Below are positions 9,507-19,640 of a stretch of 64,000 nucleotides of DNA, piece by piece. This DNA is from Candidatus Bathyarchaeota archaeon. Lineage in GTDB: Archaea; Thermoproteota; Bathyarchaeia; Bathyarchaeales; Bathycorpusculaceae. Location: positions 32,001-96,000 of the forward strand of contig CAWAKC010000005.1 in assembly GCA_963782525.1 (NCBI GenBank), read 5' to 3'. Each line of letters begins with the position of its first letter. Position 1 is the stretch's first letter. The notes under the pieces are model-generated. The model ran no database searches, was not told the origin of the DNA, and saw only the letters and a list, made by a program, of their open reading frames with translations. The translations under genes were made by a program, and so were the position numbers.

Positions 9507-10340
9507 ATGAAGGTAAGTTTACGCCATTTCAAGAGATTTGCCCGTTCCAAGTACGCTATGGCCTTACCTGTAACTTTCCTGATTCTATTCGTGTCAACTC
9601 TAAGCATAGTATCATTCACTTACTATTTTTCAGTTGAAAAAATTAATTCACAAGGGCAAACCCTTAAAGTTTCCACATCTAAAGAAAGTCTCATTGCTTT
9701 GAACGATGAAATTATTTCGACTCTGGGGCAGCCTGGGTCCTCAACCACGTTTGATTTGAGCGATTCAGGCGGATTACTAAAAATCCTGCCCAATAGCAAC
9801 GTTCTAACCCTACGCATCAACGGTAACTCAGAGGTTCAAGACACCATCTTTAACATTTCAATCGGCAAAATAATTTATGAACTACCATATTCAAGCACCT
9901 CAGAAACAGGCTTATACCTCGCAGGTGACAGCCGAACAATAACCAACCAAAGCGGATCCTCAACAAGCCAACTTTGCATAGCGCAGGGCTCTGAACACCC
10001 CGAAATCCAGCTGCAATACCGACCAACAGTGACGTATGCAGTTTCGGGCGAAGAAGGCGGCAAAGCAGTCAACAACATACGCGTCTACATCGTTAACCTG
10101 AACTCTTCAATGGAGATAGCGGTGCAGGGTGAGCTTCCACTTCAAATATCCTGCACAAGCACGCAGCTTGAATCGCAAAATTATGCGGTTTCTTATGCAG
10201 TAGGAAACTTAGCGTTAACTTCAGTCTTAAATGGTTCAAGCGGAAGCGTTTCAGTTCCAATTTCAAGCACAAGCGAAGGCGCCATTATTCATATAGAGAC
10301 AGTTGTTTCCAACGTTTCGATCCAGAGGTGGATCCGCTGA
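9507..10340 (+). CDS. Minor pilin-like protein
   Basis: Basic leader RHFKRFARSKYA|MALPVTFLILFV, then Ser-rich beta domain; first gene of the pilus operon. Confidence 0.7.
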   Translation: MKVSLRHFKRFARSKYAMALPVTFLILFVSTLSIVSFTYYFSVEKINSQGQTLKVSTSKESLIALNDEIISTLGQPGSSTTFDLSDSGGLLKILPNSNVLTLRINGNSEVQDTIFNISIGKIIYELPYSSTSETGLYLAGDSRTITNQSGSSTSQLCIAQGSEHPEIQLQYRPTVTYAVSGEEGGKAVNNIRVYIVNLNSSMEIAVQGELPLQISCTSTQLESQNYAVSYAVGNLALTSVLNGSSGSVSVPISSTSEGAIIHIETVVSNVSIQRWIR

Positions 10341-10784
10341 ATGCCTTCGATAATTCCTGGCTACGTATATTCCATTTTTGCTGCCCTTATAGTTGGAGCA
10401 ATCATTGTTTACGCCTGCAGCATCGCCACTTTGAACTTAAAAAACCAAGCAAGTACCCAGCAGCTCAAGAACATCGATGAGTACGTAGCAACCCAAAGCC
10501 TAACACTACTTTCGCACACCACAATAGACAATCAGAACATAACCCAATACCTCGATATTCCTTCATCGATTGGAAACCAACGTTTCTGGATACAAATAAC
10601 CAACGACTCGTCAGGTGCATGGGTTGAATCAGGATTTGGAACAGCAGTTAGTTTAAACAACTTTCAGATGAGTATACCCGCCAACGTTGCGGCGTCAGGC
10701 TCATTTATTAGCGGTTCAGGCAGGGCAAAACTGCAATGCACCTTCGAAAACCAAATTGCAAATTTAACATTAACCAGCGAGTGA
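10341..10784 (+). CDS. Minor pilin-like membrane protein
   Basis: N-terminal hydrophobic helix, amphipathic helix and beta domain; abuts the previous gene. Confidence 0.65.
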   Translation: MPSIIPGYVYSIFAALIVGAIIVYACSIATLNLKNQASTQQLKNIDEYVATQSLTLLSHTTIDNQNITQYLDIPSSIGNQRFWIQITNDSSGAWVESGFGTAVSLNNFQMSIPANVAASGSFISGSGRAKLQCTFENQIANLTLTSE

Positions 10785-10788
10785 TAAA

Positions 10789-12372
10789 ATGAAGCTAGGG
10801 AAAAAGAACAAAGAAGAAATCAAAGAAAAACAAGAAACCCCCGACGAAGAAATGATAGCGTACCTGGGAATTCAAGGCTATCAAGTTCCGGAAGGTTTCA
10901 CGCAAATTGAAAGTTACCCCCTCAATCCGCCTTTCTCTTACGCTTGGATATTCCAGGATGAGTCGGAAGGCAGTTACTTTTACGTCGTTGACGACTTACC
11001 CATGTCGCGAAACGAGCGAGACGCCTACAAACGTTTAAAGAATATTCTTGAATACGAACTAAAAGCTCCACGAATAGATGAGACACTTGTTGATTCATTC
11101 CGTCGGCAGCTCCCAGTCATACTTGAAGACCACAAGGAACCTTTCGGCGACACCAACCAAGTCGGTTTAAGAAAAATCGTATATTACCTCGAAAAAGATT
11201 TGATTGGATACGGAAAAATCGACGGGCTCATCAGCGACCCATACATAGAAGACATAAGTTGCTTGGGCATAAACAAACCCGTCTACATTTACCACAGAAA
11301 ATACGCAAGCACACGCACCAACATAATTTTTAGCGATGAAGAAGAACTTGACGATTTCATAACCCGCGTGGTGCACAGGCAAGGTAAACACGTCAGCATC
11401 GCCCACCCCATAGTTGACTTAACATTGCCTGGAAAACACAGACTCGCCGTATCCTTCGGAAAAGAAACAACCCCAGCAGGAACAAGTTTTACCATAAGAA
11501 AATTCCGCGACGACCCCCTAACAATCGTGGATTTGATAATGAACGAAACCATCGATGAATCCATCGCCGCTTACCTTTGGATGCTGATGGAGAACAAAAT
11601 GTCCGTTATGGTCGTTGGACCTACTGGAGCGGGAAAAACAACAGCGTTAAACGCCATTGCATGTTTGGTGCGACCGGATTTCAAGATGATTTCTGTAGAA
11701 GAAGTGCAGGAAATCAACTTGCCACAGGAAAACTGGGTATCCACGATAGCGCGTACAGGTTTTGGTGGAGACAGCGACGGCGAAGTCACCCTATACGACC
11801 TAATCAAGTCCGCTGTTCGACATAGACCTGCATTGATTCTTGTAGGCGAAATCAGGGGCGAAGAAGCGTACGTGTTATTCCAAGCGTTAGCCACAGGCCA
11901 TGGCGGCTTATGCACTATGCACGCTGACGACGTCGAAACCGTCATTAAACGATTAACTCAGCCGCCCATGAACATTCCCCAGAACATTCTGTCCCTGATG
12001 AACTGCGTTATCGTAGTCAAACAAGTTAACACTGCAAGCATCAACCTTTTGGAACGGAAAAAATCCATGAGAAAATTTGTTAAAGTCTCAGAAATCGACA
12101 GCAACGGCACCCCACATGAAGTATTCAACTGGAACCTATCCTCCGACACTTTCCACCAAGACCTGGAAAAAAGCTACCTCCTCAACAAAATCGCCCAAAA
12201 CCTAGATGCCCCCTTAAGCGTTGTCCAGCAAGAGTTTGAACGCCGAAAACAAATCCTCCTCCGCATGGTTGAACAAAACCTACGCGATTTCCGAAGCGTC
12301 CACAAAGCACTTAACAGCTCTCTTAACTTGCAAGCTTTAGCAGCAGCAAACGAAAAATCAAAGGTGCAATAA
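10789..12372 (+). CDS. Type IV pilus assembly ATPase (PilB/ArlI/VirB11-like)
   Basis: Walker A GPTGAGKT, Asp box VEEVQE, Walker B LVGEIRG, His box TGHGGLCTMHA, FTIRKF. Confidence 0.95.
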   Translation: MKLGKKNKEEIKEKQETPDEEMIAYLGIQGYQVPEGFTQIESYPLNPPFSYAWIFQDESEGSYFYVVDDLPMSRNERDAYKRLKNILEYELKAPRIDETLVDSFRRQLPVILEDHKEPFGDTNQVGLRKIVYYLEKDLIGYGKIDGLISDPYIEDISCLGINKPVYIYHRKYASTRTNIIFSDEEELDDFITRVVHRQGKHVSIAHPIVDLTLPGKHRLAVSFGKETTPAGTSFTIRKFRDDPLTIVDLIMNETIDESIAAYLWMLMENKMSVMVVGPTGAGKTTALNAIACLVRPDFKMISVEEVQEINLPQENWVSTIARTGFGGDSDGEVTLYDLIKSAVRHRPALILVGEIRGEEAYVLFQALATGHGGLCTMHADDVETVIKRLTQPPMNIPQNILSLMNCVIVVKQVNTASINLLERKKSMRKFVKVSEIDSNGTPHEVFNWNLSSDTFHQDLEKSYLLNKIAQNLDAPLSVVQQEFERRKQILLRMVEQNLRDFRSVHKALNSSLNLQALAAANEKSKVQ

Positions 12373-12374
12373 AA

Positions 12375-13883
12375 ATGAAGGCTCCTGGAGGTTTTCTCGG
12401 TAAAATCTTCGGTTTCCTAGATAAAGCTACGAGTGAGGAACGGGAGAAAACTGAGCAGGAACTGCCCTTCGCAGTCATGATTTTTACTCTCATGGCAGCA
12501 AGCGGGATCTCTCCTTATGAAAGCTGGAAAAAAATGCGCCGACTCAGCTTTCTTCCAGCTTTCAAGAAAGAAGCAGACGAAGTTGTGCGTCAAGTTGAGG
12601 TGCTGGGCAAAGACCCACTGACCGTGATGCAACAACGGGGCGAACAGACTCAATCGAAACTATACCGCAACTTCCTCGGCGGCTTTGTTTCCTCAGTCAG
12701 AAGCGGTGGAAAACTGCCGGATTACATGAAAAGCCAGCTGAAATCGATTTTCGAACTCAGATACATCAACTTGAACCGTTCCATCGAAAGGATAGCTGCG
12801 TTAGTTGAAGCTTACTCAGTCATGTTAATCGTTGTTTTATGCACTTACATTCTCTTCGTTGTTTTCTCCTCATCCAGCGTTATGGATTTGATGTCAAGCA
12901 GTTCAATCTCGATTTCCCCAGTCATATCTTACCTGATAGCATTCGTAGCCATGCCAGTTATGTCGGGAATTTTCATATTAATGGCGCATAACATGCAGAG
13001 AAGCGCATTCCCTGACCTCAAAGACCTATACAAAAAAGCATTAATCTTCATAATTCCAGTATTCGCCGTCATAGGCGTTTTCGGAATGATTGGCACAGAC
13101 TTCATCAAACCTATCGGACTACCCGAAATCGCAACCATTGGATTAGTCGCTGCCTCTCTGCCGCTTGCCTACCAATACTACCGCATCTCAAAAATCAACT
13201 ACAATGCCGAAGAATCCATCCCCAGCTTCATCCGAGACATTACAGAATCGCAGAAAACTGGTCTTTCACCAGAAAAAAGTATAGTGCAAGCAACAAAACG
13301 CAAAGATTATGGTCCATTCTCTAAATTCTTGGATTTAATTCGTAGCCAGATCGAATGGGGTATACCTTTGAGACGAACCTTCGATAATATGCGTAAGGAA
13401 ATCCGCAGCTGGTTTGTCATCGTAAACTTTGCCATGATGGTGGAAACAATTGAGGTCGGAGGCAACTCAATTCAATCATTGGAAATTCTCTCGGAGTACA
13501 GCGAGAAGGAAAGGGAGATGCAGGTTAACCGTCGTGCTCTCTTGAAGCCGTACATTCTGTTGGCTTTCATGTGGAGTGCCTTAATTGCTGTTACAACGAC
13601 TATTGTGGCTCTGACCACATCTATGATGACAGGTGTTGTAAGTTCAGACCTTTCTTCAGTTGCCCAGATTGCAATGCAAGGACAACTCAATGTGTTCTCT
13701 GTAGGCATAATTATTCAATGCTGGATTTCCGGGTTCTTCATTGGAAAAATCAGTGAAGGCAATTTTGGCGCAGGATTCAAACACTCCGCTTTGCTGGCAG
13801 CAACCGCTTACCTATCTTTGGTTGTATCTCAAATCTTGCTTTCGGGTATCTTCTCAATGAGTTCAATAAAACCGATGACTTAA
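12375..13883 (+). CDS. Type IV pilus platform protein (PilC/TadC/ArlJ; two T2SSF domains)
   Basis: Two cytoplasmic T2SSF-like segments (ELPF...AASGISP; IPSFIRDITESQKTGLS) and multiple TM helices; directly after the ATPase. Confidence 0.9.
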   Translation: MKAPGGFLGKIFGFLDKATSEEREKTEQELPFAVMIFTLMAASGISPYESWKKMRRLSFLPAFKKEADEVVRQVEVLGKDPLTVMQQRGEQTQSKLYRNFLGGFVSSVRSGGKLPDYMKSQLKSIFELRYINLNRSIERIAALVEAYSVMLIVVLCTYILFVVFSSSSVMDLMSSSSISISPVISYLIAFVAMPVMSGIFILMAHNMQRSAFPDLKDLYKKALIFIIPVFAVIGVFGMIGTDFIKPIGLPEIATIGLVAASLPLAYQYYRISKINYNAEESIPSFIRDITESQKTGLSPEKSIVQATKRKDYGPFSKFLDLIRSQIEWGIPLRRTFDNMRKEIRSWFVIVNFAMMVETIEVGGNSIQSLEILSEYSEKEREMQVNRRALLKPYILLAFMWSALIAVTTTIVALTTSMMTGVVSSDLSSVAQIAMQGQLNVFSVGIIIQCWISGFFIGKISEGNFGAGFKHSALLAATAYLSLVVSQILLSGIFSMSSIKPMT

Positions 13884-13895
13884 GGAGAACAACAG

Positions 13896-14936
13896 TTGCC
13901 GACGAGCTCTTTTGATACCTTCTTCGCATGCACAATCATTGTAGCAGTGGCGCTGATAAGTATGGCTTTTTTGGGCTCAACGATGCAAACCAGAATAGCC
14001 AGTACCCAAGACATCAACAAAGACAGTTACCTAAAAGCCATAGCTGACCACATCTTAACAAACCCGGGGTCGCCAGCAGATTGGGGAACCAACGATGTCT
14101 TGCCCGTTGACTTCGGATTAGCTGCAAGCAACTCCAACAGCGCCTACGAATTAGACATAGACAAAGTCTCTAGATTAAACAACCTCAACAATTTCTCAAT
14201 TTCTTATCCTGAGCTATCAAACGCTGCAAAACTAAACATAGCGTTAGGCATTAAGGTCTCCCAACTCATGACAGTAAATGTGTTGCAATCGAGCAACTCT
14301 ACAGCTGGAAGCAACACCATTTTCACGTTCCAAGTTTCAACGAACATCGACTCAAAGCCGACGAGTGCAAACTTACACTGCTATGTTGCCGCAGACACTT
14401 ATCTAACTGCGGTTAACGCCTCAATTCCCGACACCGGAATTGTCCAAATTACCATCCAAATTCCAACAGCAGAAACCGACAACGCTCTACTCATTACCTT
14501 TGCTCGAGCGTCAATCGATGACCGAATAACCTCATACGCAATCTACAATTTCGCTGACTCAGCGCAGGAGTCAACACCCAGTAGCACAGAGTTGGCTTTA
14601 AGCCAACTTGATTACACCTTAAGCCTCAACGATAGCGTGCCAGGTTTAACAGTTCAAAATGGTTATGTTTTCTCCTATTCATACCCGCAAAACCTCCCAT
14701 CCATAGGAGAGTCACAAACATCTATTCCAAAATTACTCGACAAAAGCCCAATAATTCTGGTTGTCGCAGGTTCCAACGGCACAAACCATTTCCAGGAATG
14801 GACCACTTACCCTCAGGTTCCTTTGAAGGCAGGCGCAAACTTTGGTGGTTCAGAACAGAACATCTTCAGTTACATAGTCACAGTCAACGGTGTCCTCTAT
14901 AGGCTTGATTTAAGTTTAGGAGACCTACCCCAATGA
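13896..14936 (+). CDS. Minor pilin-like / pilus-associated protein
   Basis: N-terminal TM helix, LTNPGSPADW motif; overlaps the next gene (ATGA). Confidence 0.65.
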   Translation: MPTSSFDTFFACTIIVAVALISMAFLGSTMQTRIASTQDINKDSYLKAIADHILTNPGSPADWGTNDVLPVDFGLAASNSNSAYELDIDKVSRLNNLNNFSISYPELSNAAKLNIALGIKVSQLMTVNVLQSSNSTAGSNTIFTFQVSTNIDSKPTSANLHCYVAADTYLTAVNASIPDTGIVQITIQIPTAETDNALLITFARASIDDRITSYAIYNFADSAQESTPSSTELALSQLDYTLSLNDSVPGLTVQNGYVFSYSYPQNLPSIGESQTSIPKLLDKSPIILVVAGSNGTNHFQEWTTYPQVPLKAGANFGGSEQNIFSYIVTVNGVLYRLDLSLGDLPQ

Positions 14937-15355
14937 GGTTGCTTAGCAACAAGAAAGGACAAGTAAGGGTTATAGAAGCATTTTTTGCTTCTATGCTAAT
15001 ATTATCATGTTTAGCGCTCATTCCCGCGCAGGCAGCGCCGAAAAGCTCACAGGTTAACCTCGCCTGGAAAGCCCAAAATATTCTGTTAGCTTTGGACAGC
15101 GACGGTCAACTGGCAAGTCTAGTCGACAATCATGAATGGACAAAACTTGGCGAATGCATCGAATCTGCCCTGCCGCTTACAACATGGTTTAACTTAACAG
15201 TCTACGATAAAAACCAAAACGTTCTAAATGATTTTCCTATTTCTAACGGCGGCTCTGTCAGCGACAGAATCACTTCGGTCAACTACGTTTGCGTCAGCCA
15301 AAACAGCACTTACTCAATCTATGTTTTACAGTTGCAACTGGCGGTGATGGACTAA
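14933..15355 (+). CDS. Minor pilin (class III signal peptide)
   Basis: NKKG|QVRVIEAFFASMLIL. Confidence 0.8.
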   Translation: MRLLSNKKGQVRVIEAFFASMLILSCLALIPAQAAPKSSQVNLAWKAQNILLALDSDGQLASLVDNHEWTKLGECIESALPLTTWFNLTVYDKNQNVLNDFPISNGGSVSDRITSVNYVCVSQNSTYSIYVLQLQLAVMD

Positions 15356-15356
15356 T

Positions 15357-16115
15357 ATGACGAAACGCAATTTTAAATCCGATAAATCTGGTCAAGTGAT
15401 AATCGTTACTGCTTTACTCGTGTCCGCTCTATTGTTGTCCACGGCGCTCTATGTCATCGAGGTTGGGAAAGAAGTGCCAACTATTGACGAAAGCCAAAGC
15501 GATGTTTTCTCAGTTTACAAGCAGTCAACGACGAGTACCCTGATTAGTGCATTAGCGAACGCATCTTGCGGCGGCAATTTAAATGTTTTAGGTGTGGATT
15601 TGGATGCCTTGAAAACAGTGATTCTCTCCAATTCATACCAAGCCCTACTAACTATGGATTACAACACCCTGAACTCGAACAGTTGCCAGAATGGACTGTT
15701 AATTTCTTGGGGCGACAGCGGCTTCGGCATCTCAAGTGCTTGTTCCTCTTTTGTTTTTGCTTCATCAAGCCCCACTGCAACATCTAATTTAGAATACACA
15801 TTAAACGTGACTTCAACTGTTTACTTGAGCGGAAACTACCACCAAATCGACGACACCACAAAACAAGTTAACCTAACATTTACCGTTCAAAACGACGGTA
15901 AAGCAGCGTTAACCCAAAGCTTCAGCGTTTCGTACCGAAATGGAACCGACTGGATACAAGTCAATTCATCAAACACGACAGATTTTGGCAACGGAACATA
16001 CACCGTAACCTTTAGCGCTGAATCCCAAGTCAGCGACCCAATGGCTGTTTCACTACTGTGTCAGGACCAACGAGGAATATTTGTAGGAGCAAACCTTACA
16101 TGCACAAGCACATAA
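15357..16115 (+). CDS. Minor pilin (class III signal peptide)
   Basis: DKSG|QVIIVTALLVSALLL. Confidence 0.78.
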   Translation: MTKRNFKSDKSGQVIIVTALLVSALLLSTALYVIEVGKEVPTIDESQSDVFSVYKQSTTSTLISALANASCGGNLNVLGVDLDALKTVILSNSYQALLTMDYNTLNSNSCQNGLLISWGDSGFGISSACSSFVFASSSPTATSNLEYTLNVTSTVYLSGNYHQIDDTTKQVNLTFTVQNDGKAALTQSFSVSYRNGTDWIQVNSSNTTDFGNGTYTVTFSAESQVSDPMAVSLLCQDQRGIFVGANLTCTST

Positions 16116-16149
16116 CACGCGATAGAGCGTCAAACAGGAGGAACGCGGA

Positions 16150-17490
16150 GTGAATCAATCTAAAACCGTAAAAATAATCGTGACGCTACTCGCAATCCTA
16201 ATTATTTTAACAATAAGTTTTAGTGCAGCTCAAACCCCCACCCCCCTAAAAGTCAGTGACGGCACCGAAATGAGCGTATTACCTGCCAACCTAATTTGGG
16301 ACAAAACCTATGGCGGGCCATCTGACGACCGCGCATTTTTTGCTGTGCCTGCAGGAGATGGTTATTTGGTTGTCGGTTCAACCAGGTCGATTGTGGTAAA
16401 CACGACTGTCGGCTGGGTTTTAAAGCTCGACGAAAACGGCAATGAGGTGTGGAATAAAACCTTCCTCGAAGGCTTTGGTATGGAGCTCCGGTATGCTGTA
16501 AATTTAACTGATGGTTTCCTGCTTGTAGGCAACCAGTTCTTGGCGTCAGGAGACGTCAACGGCTATGTTGCAAAAATAGATGACGAAGGTAACTTGTTAT
16601 GGCAGACTTTCTTGGATGGGGGAAGCGTCAACAAACTCTTCTCAGGGATCGTCACATCAGACGGATTTGCAGTTTTCGGGTTAACCCAATCCAATGACAA
16701 CAATCCATCGGCTGCCTGGGTCGTCAAATTAAACGATGATGGAAACGTTGTTTGGAGCGGAACCTATGGGCAACCAAACGAAACTGCCCTAAGATCAGGA
16801 GTTTTAGCTCAAGACGGCGATTACGTCGTTGCAGGCTACATAGATTTACCTAACGTCAACAACTATGACTTCTACTTATTGAAAATTCACCCTGACGGCA
16901 GCTTAGTTTGGAATAAAACCTACGGCGGAGTACAGAGCGAAAAAGCATATTCGATGACCAAAGCTGCTGATGGATACGTTTTAGTTGGTGAGGTTGAGTC
17001 TCAAATCACGTCAACCGATGCTTGGGTTTTAAAAGTTGACGAGAACGGAAATAAAATTTGGGATATAACTTTGGGTGGCAAAGAAGCCGATTCCCCCGCA
17101 TACGTAACTCAGTCGAAAGATGGCGGCTATTTGGTTGCTGGTTTCACTTTCTCTTTTGGAGCAGTAAACCGAGATTTTTGGCTCTTCAAAATAAGCGACC
17201 AAGGACAAGTCCTCTTTAGTTGTACTCAAGGCGACGCTGGTTACCAAGAAGCTTACGGCGTCATCGAAACAAAGCACAATTCGTATGTTATGGTAGGCTG
17301 GACGGATCCACTTGGTCAGCCTGCTTTAATCGGTAAAAAAATGTATGATTTCTATATAACAGAACTCACACTACAGAAAGGCGTGGGAGCTTCGAGTCTT
17401 CCTCTGACAGATTATGCGGTAATAATTATTCCCATTTTGGCTGTAATTTCGCTTTTGCTCTTTAACTTCGCACTAAAAGTGAAAAAATAG
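16150..17490 (+). CDS. Secreted, membrane-anchored beta-propeller repeat protein (possible adhesin)
   Basis: Repeated WxKTYGG...DGYxxxG...WVLKxDxxG blades, signal peptide, C-terminal TM helix. Confidence 0.8.
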   Translation: MNQSKTVKIIVTLLAILIILTISFSAAQTPTPLKVSDGTEMSVLPANLIWDKTYGGPSDDRAFFAVPAGDGYLVVGSTRSIVVNTTVGWVLKLDENGNEVWNKTFLEGFGMELRYAVNLTDGFLLVGNQFLASGDVNGYVAKIDDEGNLLWQTFLDGGSVNKLFSGIVTSDGFAVFGLTQSNDNNPSAAWVVKLNDDGNVVWSGTYGQPNETALRSGVLAQDGDYVVAGYIDLPNVNNYDFYLLKIHPDGSLVWNKTYGGVQSEKAYSMTKAADGYVLVGEVESQITSTDAWVLKVDENGNKIWDITLGGKEADSPAYVTQSKDGGYLVAGFTFSFGAVNRDFWLFKISDQGQVLFSCTQGDAGYQEAYGVIETKHNSYVMVGWTDPLGQPALIGKKMYDFYITELTLQKGVGASSLPLTDYAVIIIPILAVISLLLFNFALKVKK

Positions 17491-17512
17491 TTAAAATTTA
17501 AAAAAAGGTTGC

Positions 17513-18439
17513 TTATTCTTGCAATAGCTTCGAGAAAAGCATTTGCAAAGTGTTAACTAGTGCGCTGTAGTTCGTCCAAATTGCAGCTGTCCTGGGCTTC
17601 TTTTTTACGTCGTCTTCACTGTCGTTGTCTTTTTCGTGAAAGGCAATTAGCACTTCTTTGTTGTCTGAGAGCATGAAGCAGGGCAAATTTTGTTCGTCAG
17701 CTATTTTGTGTGATTCACTAAGCCACTTCATTTGGCCGATAAAATAAGCGCTCTTCAACGAATCGTCAGTTACCAACGTTACTTGAACTTTGTCAGCTTG
17801 ACCTTTTAGGTTGTCGGAGAAGTCGTTGTAGAATAGTTCTGAGAGGTAATCTGCTGAAGCGAAGACGTGGAATTTTTCCTCGGTTTTTTCGAGTAGTTCG
17901 TTGGCTTTCATGAGTACTTGTTGTTCACCTTCGAGCATTTGGAAGAGTTCTTTTTTGGCGTTTTCACCTTTTGGTTGAGGCATCGATTGCCAGAGTTCAA
18001 CGAGGCTTGTTTTTTCTTGTTCTAAGAGTTTAATTTTGATTTTCTGAGCATCCACGAGCAAATCTATTGCTTTGTCCAATGGGACTGCTGTGAATTTTAG
18101 TGGTTTCTCGAAGATTGAGAAAACGATTCCTTTCTTTTCCAAATCGCGAAGGATTCGGTAGGTCTCTGTCCGGTGAAGCGAGATTGCTTCTGCTATTTCT
18201 CCCGCTTTCTTTTCTCCTGCTCGTGCAAGGTACATGTAAACTCTGATTTCGTTCTTGAGTAATCCGAACCTTGCAAGGGTGTCTTCTATGGTTGAGAGTT
18301 GCTTGATGTAATTTTGGTCTTTTTTAGCAACCTTCCATGCATCAGTTTGTTTATCGTAAATTTTCATTAGTTCGTCGTTTTCTAATGCGAGTGCCATTTT
18401 GAGTTCATCCTTTCCTGTATTTTGGGTATTGCTACCCAA
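17513..18439 (-). CDS. TrmB-family transcriptional regulator
   Basis: FGLLKNEIRVYMYL...AGEIA...RTETYRILRDLEKKGIV...P.KF.AVP wHTH, coiled coil, PLD-like effector domain. Confidence 0.9.
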   Translation of the reverse strand: MGSNTQNTGKDELKMALALENDELMKIYDKQTDAWKVAKKDQNYIKQLSTIEDTLARFGLLKNEIRVYMYLARAGEKKAGEIAEAISLHRTETYRILRDLEKKGIVFSIFEKPLKFTAVPLDKAIDLLVDAQKIKIKLLEQEKTSLVELWQSMPQPKGENAKKELFQMLEGEQQVLMKANELLEKTEEKFHVFASADYLSELFYNDFSDNLKGQADKVQVTLVTDDSLKSAYFIGQMKWLSESHKIADEQNLPCFMLSDNKEVLIAFHEKDNDSEDDVKKKPRTAAIWTNYSALVNTLQMLFSKLLQE

Positions 18440-18678
18440 TTCTGACTAATTATATATAATATCATTACGACTTGAGAATCTGAATTCATAATTCATGTTT
18501 ACCAGGCTGCTTATTTTGAATCAAAATCAACATAGTTTATCCATAGTAAGCAACGGCTTTTTGATTCTTTAATGACTAGCAAAAGACAGTTTGGATTTTA
18601 CTACGAGGTTCCATGGTGGTAGGTCCTATTTGCGATTTTCAAGGACATTGGCATGTTGAAATTCAATGATGTGGAGTA

Positions 18679-18960
18679 TTATTGCATTTTATCTTTGGTT
18701 TTACGTTTATTTTCAGTTTTCTTTGTGGGTTCATCCCAATACTTATCAAATTCCTTTGGTAGCATGAGGTTCAGACTCCTGAGCTGCTGGCTAAAGGCAT
18801 CCAATGCGCAGGGGTTGTTGAGGTGGGCACGGTAAATCTCCATAAGCAAATCCACAGCCATCGAGACGGAAATGGGTTTTTTAGCCATCAACGTAAGTTC
18901 TTCAGAAACCTTAACTAAATCCTCATGAACACGCAACGGCAAAACAACGGTCTTAGTCAA
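18679..18960 (-). CDS. Small ribbon-helix-helix-like DNA-binding protein
   Basis: KTVVLPLRVHEDL...ISVSMAVDLL beta-helix-helix pattern. Confidence 0.55.
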   Translation of the reverse strand: MTKTVVLPLRVHEDLVKVSEELTLMAKKPISVSMAVDLLMEIYRAHLNNPCALDAFSQQLRSLNLMLPKEFDKYWDEPTKKTENKRKTKDKMQ

Positions 18961-18973
18961 TCCAACACTTCCA

Positions 18974-19507
18974 TTACACGCTTTTAGCTATTTGCTGAGC
19001 ATCCTTTTTAATTTTCGCCAACTCATCCGCAGTCGGTTTCCCCCGTATGTCGCCACGTTTGCCCTGTGTGCTCAAATCTTCTCGACCACGAAACTCACTT
19101 GGGACGTACCACTCGCCAAGTATGTTAAAGCCGAAATGCTCAAAATACTCCTCATAGTTTTTCCCGCTGGGATAGCCTCATCAATCCTTGTGTGTGGTCC
19201 GGAGTAGGTGCAGAAAATCAAAGCGTTTTTGCCAGCCACTTTTGGGCGCATGGCTTAATTTTTCCTTGGTTGCGGTTTAGGGTCAGTTTAGCTCTCAGTA
19301 AATCAGCTATGATTTTGCTGGCTGCCACTCAATCGAGGGCGAACCCACGCAAAACAAATCATAATCGTAAAAATCAATGTTGGCTGCTTCTTGAGGCTTC
19401 TTCAATTCTACGTCTAAACCTCCCCTTTCCAACCCCACACAGATTGAAGGTGCAACTTTCTGAGTGTTCCCCGTTCGAAAAATAAATTATTAACGCTTCT
19501 TGAACAT
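18974..19507 (-). pseudogene. Flavodoxin-family pseudogene with several frameshifts
   Basis: Pieces across frames: ALIIYFS / GNTQKVA...GLERGG...IDFYDYDLFCVGSPSIEWQP / GKIKPCA / PKVAGKNALIFCTYSGPHT / YFEHFGFNILGEWYV...GDIRGKP...KSV*. Confidence 0.8.
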
Positions 19508-19640
19508 GGTCATTATTTTATCTTTCTTAAAATAAAAGCATTTAACCTAAATGCAAAAAATTTTTGATTGATTCAAAATCAGTAGTTCACTGTATTAAGG
19601 TATAAATAACATTCAAGCAATAGATAAATGCAAGTTACAG

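Noticed and set aside
8118-16115. Archaellum operon
   Set aside because: No ArlH, ArlF/G or chemotaxis genes; the multiple minor pilins fit a pilus better.
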